Positions 14,282 through 27,504 of a stretch of 64,000 nucleotides of DNA are shown piece by piece. A program made the position numbers and the translations under genes. Numbering within the stretch: the first letter of the stretch is position 1; each line of letters begins with the position of its first letter. The notes beneath the pieces are model-generated. The model was not told the origin of the DNA. It worked only from the letters and a program-made list of their open reading frames with translations, and did not search any database. Source of the DNA: the human T2T-CHM13v2.0 reference genome, Homo sapiens; the NCBI RefSeq assembly GCF_009914755.1, contig NC_060933.1; one strand, written 5' to 3'.

Positions 14282-15439
14282 GTGTCCCATGTGTAAACTG
14301 GCGATATTAATACTTAAGGTTATTTTAAAGGATCAATTATAAGTCAATTATAAACTCATGATTTTCCATTTTATTTCATGGGCTGTAACTTGTTTTTCTC
14401 ATTATACACCACTTTGATTTTCAAATTGTCCCATATTTGCTAGTAGAAACCCCTTTAAATTGAAAGCCCAGTTTCTTAATATCCTTGCAATACTACAGTT
14501 TCAAAATTTAAAAGTATTTAAATTGTTATCAGTATATGCACATCAAGGAAAAGTATGGTTTAGTTAAGGACATTTTCAGATATCTCAGGATAGATACCCA
14601 GAGAGTGGTTGGCAAGAACCCAAACTATTCTATAACTCCTGAAGGACATTGTTGCAGAGGATGCAGCACCTGCAGGAGGTGTCTGTGATAGTGAGTGGTG
14701 GAGAAGCAACCTAAAGTGTTGTTTGCTGTATTCATAAGTGGTAGGCAGGGGTAAACCTCTGATTAAAAAAAATAATGGTAAAAGACATTTTCTTACTTGT
14801 TTTAACAAGTATTAATTCCAGGAAGAAGAAATAGCATGGTTAGAAAAATAGAATTTTAATATTTTTACTCAGATTCTCAGGAAGCTGAAGAGATGAAATT
14901 AACAGAAGGAAACATGCAGGAAGGCAGGGTTGTAATTTGCTTCTCTTTCCTACCTTTAGGCAAAATCAGACTCAAGCTATTCCAGACACATAATGTTATT
15001 TCTTAGTTTAAAGACTTCTAGAAATAGGAGATTTCAGAACTTGGTCAATATTCCATTTCAATATGTAGTTATGCTTACTGCCTGAAATTCTGTGTCTCTT
15101 AAGTTCAATACTATGTACAATCTTAAGATTAAAAACTCTGTTCTCATTTTGTACTCAAAGAAAACAAAATTTCTGGCTATATTCTCTTCAAAGTGTCTAT
15201 AAGAGAGTAGTTTTAAAATTTGTATTTACCATGTTCATTTCCACTTCCAAGGGGAAGGGACCTAATATTTTCTGAATTCCTATTCTCTGCCAGATATACA
15301 ACTTTACTAACATTTTTTGTCAGTGCCAAGGGCTATTATGGGCATTTTATATGTTTGAATTTGTTTGGTTTCCAGAACTACCTTCTGTCTGCAGTTTTTT
15401 TAATAAAAATCACAGAGGTTGGGTTAATTCCCCACGTTT

Positions 15440-15885
15440 ACACAGTTTTGTGTCAACTTGACTGGGCCATGGGATGCCCAGATATTTGGTGAGATATTAT
15501 TTCTGAGTGTTTATAAGGATGTTGGTAGATGAGATCGATATTTTAATAGGTGGACTGAGTAAAGAAAATTGCCCTCCCTAACATAGATGGACCTCATCTA
15601 ATCCAGCAAAGGCCTGAATAGAATAAAAGGCTGAGTAAGGATATATTTGTTCTCTCTACCTGAATGAGCTGGAACATAGATGTTCTGCTGGTTTCAGAGT
15701 TGGCCTTAGACTGGAACTTGTATCACTGGCTCTCCTGATTCTTGGACTTAGACTTGGACTGCAACTTATGCCATTGGCTCTCCTGGGTTTGGACTTAGCC
15801 TGCATAATTTTATCAGCCAAATTTCTTATAATCATGTTCTCTTCCTTTCTCTCTTATGTTTCTCTGGAGAGCCCCAACTAATACA
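15440..15885 (+). mobile_element. MLT2 (ERVL) solo LTR
   Basis: ttttgtgtcaacttgactgggccatgggatgcccagatatttgg...tctctggagagccccaactaataca. Confidence 0.85.
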
Positions 15886-16069
15886 ACTATTAAGAGGTAG
15901 AGCTTGGAGTCCAGGCCATCTGACTCTAGCATTCTTGCTCTTAACTAATATACTAAGCTGTCTCTGATTTGACAAACATAACATAATTATCACTACTTGG
16001 CAAAGTCAGTGGGATTTTTTTCTCTCCATTTTATAGAAGAAGAACCTAAGACTTAGAAAGGGTAAGCAT

Positions 16070-16432
16070 TGGTTTTGAGGTTTATTTCGCCAAAGTTGAG
16101 GATGCACCCAGGAAGAAGAAAAACACAAGTTACAGTGGGTTCTGTGACCTGTGCTTTGTTCTGAGCAGGGTTTTGAGGACTGCTCTAAAGGGGAAAAAGT
16201 GAGCAGGATAGGAAAGACGGGGAAAGGGTGGAGGTGGTAAGGATAGGCAATGAGGCAAGTGGTCACAGTCTTGTGAAGCTTTGATTAGTGCCCTCTTAAT
16301 CCACATCTGACATGTGAAAGGAGGGGACAGAGGAACAGTCAATTACGAATTCATTTGGTACTCGGTAAATCTACATTTTACATAAGGTAAAGTAAGCATG
16401 AGAAATTACAGCTATCTGTTCGATAACAAAAG
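16070..16432 (-). mobile_element. MER4-group (ERV1) LTR fragment
   Basis: gaggtttatttcgccaaagttgaggatgcacccagg...gaaattacagctatctgtt typical of antisense MER4. Confidence 0.7.
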
Positions 16433-16897
16433 GTTGTCTCAGGGATTGGGAAGGGAGAATGTAAGTTCCCAAATACTCAGGAAGCTATGTGCTTGGAGGC
16501 AAGGGTCTCCAATGACCTGAGGGCAGCCTGAAGAAGAGTCATATGTATGGGCAAGTTGGAGGCAAACATCAGCACTGGGGAGAGGTGTACCAAAACAGCA
16601 AACGGATCTGAGGGAATGGGGCAGAGCCATGGTGCAATGAAGGGTACGCTTCGGATAGAGATCCCTCTGATGCCAACACCTATGTACTTTTTCCATTACC
16701 CTATTTTGCCTCCTGTTTCCCTTGCACTAGTCAGCCTCCCACTACTCCTGGCATTAGCACCCACAGACCTAAGGGCTAAGTTACCCTACAGCTTGGGAAC
16801 AAATGTCACTTAAAGCAGTGAGAGAATCAATACACCCAGCTCCATTTCCTAGAAGGTCTAGTAGCCTTCTAGATTTATAATCAGAGCCAGGGGTTTA

Positions 16898-17239
<342 letters not shown>

Positions 17240-17254
17240 TTATAATTTATAAGA

Positions 17255-17370
17255 TTTTTTTTAATTTATTTATTATTATTATACTTTAAGTTTTAGGGTA
17301 CATGTGCACATTGTGCAGGTTACATACGTATACATGTGCCATGCTGGTGTGCTGCACCCACTAACTCGTC
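17255..17370 (-). mobile_element. Very short (~115 bp) L1PA2-like 3' end
   Basis: ttattatactttaagttttagggtacatgtgcacattgtgcagg...cacccactaactcgtc (sense gacgagttagtggg). Confidence 0.9.
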
Positions 17371-18249
17371 TTTTATAAAACTTTATTAAAAACATTTAAC
17401 ACAGTATAAAAATGAAACTAATTCCTTAAGAAACTACCCAGATCTCTGTCCTTCAGGGCAGTAATGCCCCTGTGTGCACTTTGGAGGCCTATTTTCCAGG
17501 ACTTTACTGCATAGCAGCTGCTACCTGGGTTACTTGTGATCCTGATAGAAGTGAGTCCCGGAAAGGTAAGTGACCTACAGCCGATAAGTACCAAGTACCC
17601 TGTGGAATTCTGCCATATGAATGCACAGGACACAACAGATGAGATCTCTGAATTTTGGTTTTCTACCTGAAAGTCTCCCTTATTTTTCTCTGACGAGTCA
17701 GATTTATTTTCCTCTAAGCTTGAATTATGTAAAGATTTGTGGTCTTGTGTAGGCTGCAATTTGACAAACAGAGACAATAGTGCTAAGCAAAGGTGTGAAG
17801 AACAACTTTACATTTTTACAGCATTTTTCACAACCATTGAATCCTGATGCACTTCACAGGAAGTAGCAACAACTTTTTCTATAGATTCTATTAGGATGTG
17901 AATTTTGATACCCAATTCTGACCTTCTGAAGTTCATTTAATGGTGTGGGAGGCTCCAAAATGGTTATCTTTAGACTTTTTTTCTTTTTTGCATTTTTTGA
18001 ACGTTTTCCTTTGATGTTTCTACACATCTCTCCAAATGAAAGCAAATATTTATTCATCTAATGATGTACTAAGCAATAGGGGATAAAATGCCAAACAGGA
18101 AATAGTTTTGAATTCTACTTTTGCCACTCTTTTTGTCTAGGTTTTTTATCTATAAAGTATAAATTATATATCCCCATCTCAAGGGTAATATATGCACATT
18201 GTGTTTCTTCTACCTCAGTAAAACACTGCATACAAGGCCCTTAGAACAG

Positions 18250-19560
18250 TATTTTACAGTCAGTCAATTATTACTGTTAGGAACTGACTATGTGATTATC
18301 AGGCACTGTCCCAGGGATAATTAAAATTATACTATGTTACTGACCTCAAAAAGCTTACTTCTAGTAGGAGACAGATGTCATACAGAAACAGATATAAAAA
18401 TTTGAAATACTGATAAAAAAGAAAAGAAAAGATAGTTGATTAGAGGTGGGGCAATTTTAACTGGAGTGGTCAAGGATGAGGTGACTTCTCAAGTTGGGAC
18501 CTGAAGACCAGGAGGAAGCCATGCAAAAACCTGGGGTTAAGTCATTCCAAGCCAGTAGTGCAAATGCCCTGAGGAAAGGATAAGCTGACCTGTTTAAGAC
18601 CCAGAAAGAAGGCACGTGGACTGAAGGTGTGGAATGAGGGTAGACTGAGGTTAGAAAAAGAGCATAGGGAAACAAGTGGCACTAGATCACCTAAGGCCTT
18701 GTACTCAATGGGAGGGAGTTTGAATTTTATTGTGACTGCTGTGCAGAGCCACATAATGCTTTTAAGCAAGTTGGGAGTTAGTAATTGGATTTATATTGGA
18801 TTGGATTGCATAGCCCTAATTTATTATTATGAATAATAAATTCATAATAATGTATTAGTCCATTTTCACACTGGCATAAATAACTACCAGAGACTGGGTA
18901 ATTTATTAAGGAAAGAGATTTAATTGACTCACAGTTCTGCATGGCTGGGGAGGCCTCAGGAAACTTACAATCATGGTGGAAGGCAAAGGGGAAACAAAGC
19001 ACCTCTTCTCATGGTGGCAGTAGAGAAAGGGAGTGAAGAGGGAACTGCCAAACACTTTTAAACCGTCAGATATCATGAGAACTTACTATCCTGAGAACAG
19101 CATGAGGGAAACTGCCCCCATGATCCAATCACCTCCCACCCGGACCTTCCCAGGACAATTGGAGATTACAATTTGAGATGAGGTTTGGGTGGGGACACAG
19201 AACCAATCCATATCAAGGACAGCCCATAACAGAGTTAAGAATGGAATCAGAGAGAACAGCTGAGCATTTGCAATGGTGGTCAAGATAAGAGAAGATGTTT
19301 CTTATTGGAGTAAGGTAGGGAGTAATGGTTAAACCTGATGTACTTTTTGTGGTAGAATTTGTTAGGCTGGATGTGGGAGGAAAATATGTCAAGGGTGACA
19401 TGAGTTTTGGCTTGAGCAAAATGAATATGTGGTGGTGCCATTTTCTCTGAGGAGAAAAAAACTTGGATTGGGCCAACAGTTATGCTTTGGTCATGCTAAG
19501 GATAAGATACTTGTTACACATCAAAGCATGAAGCAGCCAACTAAACAGTTGACTAATTCA
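18250..19560 (-). mobile_element. L2 remnant interrupted by a THE1D LTR
   Basis: L2-like antisense 3' sequence (actgacctcaaaaagcttacttctagtaggagacaga...gcaaatgccctgagg). Confidence 0.6.
18851..19215 (-). mobile_element. THE1D-like MaLR solo LTR
   Basis: tgtattagtccattttcacac...ggctggggaggcctcaggaaacttacaatcatgg...ccatatca. Confidence 0.88.
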
Positions 19561-19587
19561 CTTAGGGAGATTTCAGGACCGATTGTA

Positions 19588-19898
19588 TAGCCATGTCTCA
19601 GTATCCACAGGGAATTGGTTCCAGGACCTCCTGCAAAAACCACAATCTGCCAATGCTCAAGGTACTTTATAAAATGGCAGAGTATTTGCATATAACCTAT
19701 GCACATTCTTCCATATACTTTAGATTACATATAGTTATAATACCTAATGCAATGTAAAGGTGATGTAAATAGTTATTACTGTATTGTTTTTTAAAACCTG
19801 TATTTTTTATTGTTGTGTAATGTTTCTTCCTAAATATTTTCTATCTGTAGGTGGCTAAATCTGTGGCTGTGGAACCCATATATATGAAAGGCTGACTG
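19588..19898. mobile_element. MER2 (TcMar-Tigger) DNA transposon
   Basis: cagtatccacagggaattggttccaggacc...aggctgactg, flanked by TA on both sides. Confidence 0.85.
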
Positions 19899-21004
19899 TA
19901 TATTCTTCAATTAGATTACTTTCAAAGTCATAGGTTAGTGGAAATCCTTTAGGAAAAATATTATTTTTAGCACCTATAGAAGATCAGGTGTTCCAAGTGA
20001 TATATATGGTTTTAAAATTTTTAATACATGAATTACTAAACATTTTTAAATTTAATACTGCATTTTAAATTTTTCTTGTATGGCTTATAACCACCGCAGA
20101 AGATAGAAAATGTTATTTTGATTTTACTGATGGGGACTAGAGGTACAGAGACGTTAAATAACTTGCTCAGTTACATACTTAGTCGATAAAAAAGTCAAAA
20201 TTTGAGCCTAGGTAATCTGACCCCAATTTACAGTCCCTGGAGTATAAAGGAAAAAGAGGGACTAGAATTCAGCTCTAATGCAATTTAACATTTTGAAGTC
20301 ACGTCACAGGAGCTAGAGTCTGTGAGATAACTAAGAAGGGACAGTCAATGAGGTGTGAGAGAGTCTAAGTGAGGATGAGTTGTACATGCCTAGAAAAGTC
20401 ATTCCAGTTAATGACCTCCCACTAGGCTCCACCTCCATTAAAGTTAATAAATAAGAGATTAATGTATCAAATGTTGTAAAAGCACCTGCTTTGGCTGCAT
20501 ATACATTCAATTTAAAATAATGCAATTTATTAAGTAAATATAGCCAATAATTATTATGTATTTAAAATATTCAGTACAGTACTAAATATATTTAGATATT
20601 TAGATAGGCTAAATATCTGAGTACATTTAATTTTTACAAAACCCTGATACATCAAGTTATTCCTACTGTACAGATGAGGCAACCGAAGCATACAGTGCTA
20701 AGTCCCCAAGGTTGTACAGTTGGTGAGAGGCAGAGCTGGGACCCAACCTAAGCAGTCTGACAGTAGAAACTATGCTCTTAGCCGGCACAATTTACCAAGT
20801 CTCTTAAACATGATACAAATGTACAGTCCATAAAGCAAAATATTAATTACCTTGAGTACATTCAATTAAACTCTCTTCATCAAGAGTTATCATAGGAAAA
20901 AAGAGACAAATCACAAACTGGAAGTATAATAACACATATAAACAACAAATGACTAGTATCTAGAATAAATATAGAACTCTTAAAAGGATTAATAAGTGAA
21001 AGAC

Positions 21005-21388
<384 letters not shown>

Positions 21389-21690
21389 TTATTAAAAGAT
21401 ACTCAATGATTATAAAAATGTCAGTTAAAATAATAAGTAATCCTTTGATACTCAGCAGATTGGCAAAGGTTAGAATATCAGACAATCATAAACTTGGTGA
21501 GAATACGAAACAATTCACATTGCTTATGGAAGGCAAGTTGGCATAATTACTTAGGAAAATATTTTAGTATTATCTTGTAAAATGGAAGATGTTTACAAGG
21601 AAGGCCTCAGGAATATCACTGCTAAGTAATTGATCTAGAAAAACTCTTGTGCACGTTTACCAGAAGACATGTATAACATGTTTATAGCAG

Positions 21691-24126
21691 TGTGTTAGGT
21701 CATTCTTGCATGGCTGTGAAAAAATACCTGAGACTGGGCAATTTTTAAGAAAAGAGGTTTAATTGGCTAATGGTTTTGCAGGCTCTACAGAAAGCATGGC
21801 ACCAACATCTGCTTGGCTTGTGGTGAGGCCTCAGGAAGCTTACAATCATGGCAGAAGACAAAGGGGCAGCCGACATATCACATGGCTAGAGCAGGAGCAA
21901 GAGAAAGAGGGAGTGAGGGTGTGCCACACACCCTAAAACAACCAGATCTCACCAGAGCTCACCATCATAAGGACAGCACCAAGACATGAGGGATCTACCC
22001 CCATGATCTGAACACTTTCCACCAGGCCTCACCTCCAACACTGGAGACCCCATCTCAACATGGGATTTGGAGGGGACAACCAAACTATATCATTTCACTC
22101 CAGCCACATCTCATGTCCTTCTCACATTGCAAAGTACAACCATGCCTTCCCAATAGTCCTCCAAAGTCTTAACTCATTCCAACATGAACTCAAGAGTCCC
22201 AAAGACCAAGTCCAAGTACAAAGTCTCATCTGGAGATGAGTCATTTCCACCTATGAGCCTGTAAAATCAAAACAAGTTATTTACTCCCAAGATACAATGT
22301 GGGTACAGGCATTGGATAAACATTCCCATTCCAAAAGGGAGAAATTGGACAAAAGAAAGGGGCTATAGGCCCCATGCAAGTCTGAAACCCTGCAAGGAAG
22401 TCATCAAATCTTAAAACTCCAAAATAATATCCTTTGAATTTCTGTTCTAAATCCAGGGCACACTGAATTCAGGACACACATTCACCTGTCTTGAATCCAG
22501 TGCAAGGGGTGGGCTCCCAAAGCCTCGAGCAGTTCTGTCCCTGTTGCTTTGCAGGATTTATCTCCTATGGCTACTCTTATCATGGGTTGGAATTGAGTGC
22601 CTGTGGGTTTTCCAGGTGCATGGTGCAAGCTGCCATTAGATCTACCATTTTGGGAGTCTGGAGGAGAGTGGGGTATCCAACCCCATATTTCCCATTAGTA
22701 ATGCCCTAGTAGAGGTTCTCTGTGATGGCTCCACCACTGCCGCAGGCTTTTGTCTGAGTACCCAGGCTTTCTCATACATTCTCTGAAATCTAGGCGGAGG
22801 TTGCCAAGCCTCCTTCACTCTTACATTTTGTGCATGCATAGTCTTAACACCACATATAAACTGCCCAGGCTTATGACTTGCACCCTCTGGAGCAGTGGTC
22901 TGAACAGGGCCCTTTGAGCCACAGCTGGAGCTGGAGCAGTGGGGATATCGGGAGTAACCGCCCAAGGTGGCACAGGGCTTTAGTACTCAGGCCTGGCCCA
23001 TGAAACCATTTTTCTCCCTAGGCCTCTGGGCTTGTGATGGAAGGGGCTGCCTCAGAAATCTTTGAAATGTCTTTGAGATCTTTTTCCCATTATCTTGGTG
23101 ATCAGCACCTAGCTCTTTTTTTAGTCATGCACATCTCTCTAGCAAGTGGTTTCTCCACAGCCTGCTTGTATTCCTCTCCTGAAAATGATGTTTCTTTCTC
23201 TGCCACATGGCTAGGCAGCAGATTTATTAAACTTTTATGCTCTGCTTCTTCTTTAAATGTAACTTCCAAATTCAAGTCATCTCATTGCTCCCACATTTGA
23301 GCTTATGTTGTTAGAAGCAATTGGCCACCTCTTGGATGCTTTGCTGCTTAGAAATTTGTTCCACCAGGTACCCCAAGTCATTACTCTTAAGTTCAATTTT
23401 CCAAAGATACCTAGGGCACAGATAGAATGCAGCCAAGCTCTTTGCTAAGGCATAACATGCATAACGTTTGCTTCAGTTCTCAGTAAGTTCCTCATTTCCG
23501 TCTGAGACTTCATCATCCTGGACTTCACTGTCCATATCACTATCAGCACTTTGATAACAACCACTTAACTAGTCTCTAAAAAACTTCAAACTTTTCCTCA
23601 TTTTTCTATCTTCCACTAAGCCCTCTGAATAGTTCAAACCATCTCCCTGTTACTCTGTTCCAAAGTTGCTTCCACATTTTCAGGTATTTTTATAGCAATG
23701 CCCTACTCTTCCATACCAATTTTCTGTATGAAGCCATTCTTGCATGCTATAAAGAAACACATAAGGCTGGATAAATTATAAGAAGAGAGGTGTCATTGGC
23801 TCACCGAAGCATGGCACCAGCATCTGCTTGGCTTCTGGTGAGGCCTCAGGAAGAAGCTTACAATCATGGCAGAAGACAAAGTGGTCCTCATATATTACAT
23901 AGTGACGGTGGGTGCCAGAGAGAGAGAGAGAGAGAGAGAAAGTGGGTGGGGAAGGTGCCGTGTACCCTTAAACAACCAGATCTTATGATAACTCACAATT
24001 GTCACAACATTACCAAGCCATGAGGGATCTGCCCCCATAATCCAAATATCTCCCACAAAGCCCCATGTCCAGCATTGGGGACCACATCTCAACATGAGAT
24101 TTGGAGGGGAAATCCAAATTTTACCA
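21691..24126 (-). mobile_element. Provirus-like MSTB-type MaLR: LTR 21691-22092, internal 22093-23724, LTR 23725-24126
   Basis: Two homologous LTRs flanking MaLR internal sequence that is homologous to 58128-60007; TSD agcag/ggcag with one mismatch. Confidence 0.9.
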
Positions 24127-25327
24127 GGCAGATTTAAAAAAATAAAAAAAAAATTAAAAAGAAACAAAATCTAGAAATGGCCCAAAATGTTCATTGACAC
24201 CAAAATGAAGAAATAAATTGTGATATATTGACACAATGAAAAATTTTTCATTGTCACTGTTGTTGCATTGTCATTGTTTTGTTTTCTTTGATATGTTGTT
24301 TAAGATGAGTTATAAGAAAATGCTGGTATGTTGATGCAAATAATTGAAAAGAGAGTACTGAATTGATGATGCAGAGAAGACAAGGAATAAAGTTCTTAAG
24401 AAGGCAAGAGAAAATGAAATCCAAAGCTCGCGTGTGCATGTTGTTCTTAGGAACAGACAGACGGGAAACAGGTGGACAGGTTGTGAATGTAGCAATGGGA
24501 AGGTGAGGTAGATTCTCTGTTTGCATCTATATTCTCTACAATGTTTGATGTGAGACATCATCGGTTGATTACATTGTGAACAGTTAGATTGTTGGAGAAT
24601 TTAGAGGGAGATAAAGTTTAAAACAATTTCCACACATCTTCTGTTTCAACTTTAGTATGTTTTTTTTTCCCATGCCTGAGTTTCAGAGAGGAAAAAAATG
24701 TTGCTTTCTCCAGATTCTAATGATCCCTTGAATTTCTTGGTGAATTGGAATAGCTTTAAACCTTTTACTGCTTCAAGCACTATCAATCAGAGATGTCTCA
24801 CACCTGTCATTTTTGAACCTGTAGCAGCACCCTAGTCTTCTTTGGCTTATTTTAGGAGTAAACATACAGGTAAAAAATGAGTGCTTGTTCAAGAGTTTGT
24901 ATTTTCATTCATTTAAAACATTGAGCACCTACCATGTGCTATAAATTAACTATGTGCTGTAATATATGCATGAGCACCTCTATATGCTTTTAATATTTAT
25001 TCATTTATTCATTGAAAACATTGAGCATTCATCATGTGTATTAAATTCTAGCATGGTGGCAAAAAACTGGTAAATATGTCAGATAGGGATAATTTCTATG
25101 AAGGTAAATTAAACAGAGTAAGGGGTTTGAGGGAGTTTGGCATTTTATATTGGCCTGCTGAATGGATGGGCTTTAGAGAAGAATAGGAGGAGAAAGATTG
25201 GACATAAAAGAGATCCACAAATCTTTACAGAAATTTTGCAAAAAAGATAGAGTGAAATGTAAAAGTAGCTGCAGGGGATGCGGAGGTCACAGGTGACTTT
25301 ATTTTATTTTATTTCAGATGGGACACC

Positions 25328-25832
25328 ATGATAGTTAATTTTATGTGTCCACCTGACTGAGCCATGGGGTGCCCAGATACTTGTTTCAACATTATACTGG
25401 GTGTGTCTGTGAGGGTTTTTCTGGATGAAATTAACATTGGAATTGGTGGACTGAGAAAAGCAGATTGCCCTCCCTGGTGTGTGTGGGCCTCACTCAATCT
25501 GTTGAAGGCCTAAATAGAACAAAAAGGCTAAGTAATAGAAAATTTGTTTTCTCTCTGCCTGACTGACTATCTTTGAGCTGGAACATGGTCTTTTTCTGCC
25601 TTAGGACTTGAGCCAGAGCATGCCCATTTGTTCTGCTTCTCAGGCCTTCAGTCTCAGACTGAACTATATCACCAGTCATCAGTTCTCCTAGGTCTCCAGC
25701 TTGCTGACTGAAGATGGGACTTCTCAGCCTCCATAATTGTGTGAGCTAATTCTTCTGTCTGTCTATGTCTCTCTCTCTCTCTCTCTCCCCCCCAGCTTTG
25801 GTTCTGTTTCTCTGGAGAATCCTGACTAACAG
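25328..25832 (+). mobile_element. MLT2 (ERVL) solo LTR
   Basis: tgatagttaattttatgtgtccacctgactgagccatggggtgcccagata...tctctggagaatcctgactaaca; homologous to 15440-15885. Confidence 0.87.
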
Positions 25833-27322
25833 AGATAGAACAGAGGGTTGTTTTTTTTTTTTTTTTTTTTTTTTTGGTGTATGTGTTAATTGGAATTCTC
25901 TACTGGAGAGGGTTAATACATGATCGGGAGAGAAACCATTGCTGGTACGATATTTTTGAATAACAGAGAGGGAGTGGTATCTAGTGCATCAAAAGAGAAG
26001 TTATGTGTAGAAAGTTCATGTAAGAACAGGAAGTAAAGAAAAACAGGTAAAGGTCCAAGTATGTGTATGTTTGAAATCCAGTGGTGAAACCTTGTGGAAG
26101 GTCTTTTTAAATTGCCATAATTCCTTCAACAAAATAGAAAGCAAGTTCCACAGCTGAGAGTGAGCGTGAATTCAGGTGTTGAAAGTCTGATAATGGATGC
26201 ATAGGTATTTAGTAGAAAAACGAAACAATTTTAAAGAAAACATGTACCAGCAAATTATACATACACCAAGTAAATAAATTCCTGTACAACTCTAAAGTTT
26301 AATTTTTGTGTCTTCATTCCATTATCTTCACTAATGTAATATTGTATTTAAAAACTTGTAACAATAGAGAAAATAGGATTTTACCCTTTGTATAGGCTGG
26401 GTAATAAGCATTAAGCATTAAAAGGTAAATGGAGACAGTGTAAAGAATAAAAGTTTTTAGTAATTCACAAAGAGATCACTGTCTCCTGAATACTTCCTTT
26501 TCAGACAGATTGACTTGATACCCTGAAATTGGACTACAGGACTTGACATATCTTCACTTTTTTTCTCTTTTTAAAGAAAGTCAAGCCATGTGATTTCCAT
26601 TTTTTTTTCTGAAGTGGGGAAATGGTTTAACATTTATATATGTGCAAGCTTTATCCTTATAATCCTAGAGGGTTAAGGAGACCTTGGTTTACCCATCACA
26701 TAACTTTCATTTGACCGTGGGTGGCTTTACTTGTGTATTTCTAAGTAGTCCTGCTACTTCCAGATGGATAGTAACCTATGATCTCCAATCTTGACCTATG
26801 TACCTGTCTCCCAAACAGAAGGCTGTGCAAGTGTACAAAAACATATTCATGCTAAAGCACATAATTTCTAGTTTTGATATTTAAAGAACTAAACTTTTAA
26901 CTCTCTTGGTGCTAAGGTATGGAGAGTACAGGGTGCTGAGTCATAACTAGGTAGAAACAAGTAAGAGTGGATAAATCCAGGTGAAGAAATAAAGCAACTC
27001 ATAGGAATTGCTAGAAATAGATTGAGTTTAGTTTTTTTCCTTCCACTTTTGCCTTTCTTTCAGCTGTCTCTATAAAATTAAGATCTGAAATTTGAGTGGA
27101 AAAAGCTGTTTGCTACAGTTTCATTTGCCCATTCAGGTGAATCTTCTAATCCAAAATCAACTTTCTGGCTTTTATTAATTTCTGGAAGCAACATTCTTAA
27201 AGCCAAATATCCCATCTTATTGTTAAAATACATTAACTTAATTTGAAAAGCATTTTCACATAAGTAGATTTTGTTCCAAAGATGTACTTTATATATTTTT
27301 TTAACTTGTATTTTTTTTCCAG

Positions 27323-27324
<2 letters not shown>

Positions 27325-27356
<32 letters not shown>
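27325..27356. repeat. (GT)16 microsatellite
   Basis: Counted directly. Confidence 0.97.
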
Positions 27357-27358
<2 letters not shown>

Positions 27359-27399
27359 TTGTAGTGTTATTTTTCATTTGGTGGAGGCTGCTCTCTGGG

Positions 27400-27504
27400 A
27401 TATGAGCTGTTTTCATTGTGTGTTTGTTGGTATGTTTATACAAAAAAAGAGACAGATAAGTACCACCCAGAAATGAGTGACAATAGCACTTCAGGGTTTT
27501 TGTT
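27400..27504 (+). repeat. Dispersed ~105-bp direct repeat, copy 1
   Basis: Matches 29197-29303 except for 3 substitutions and one TG unit. Confidence 0.95.
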
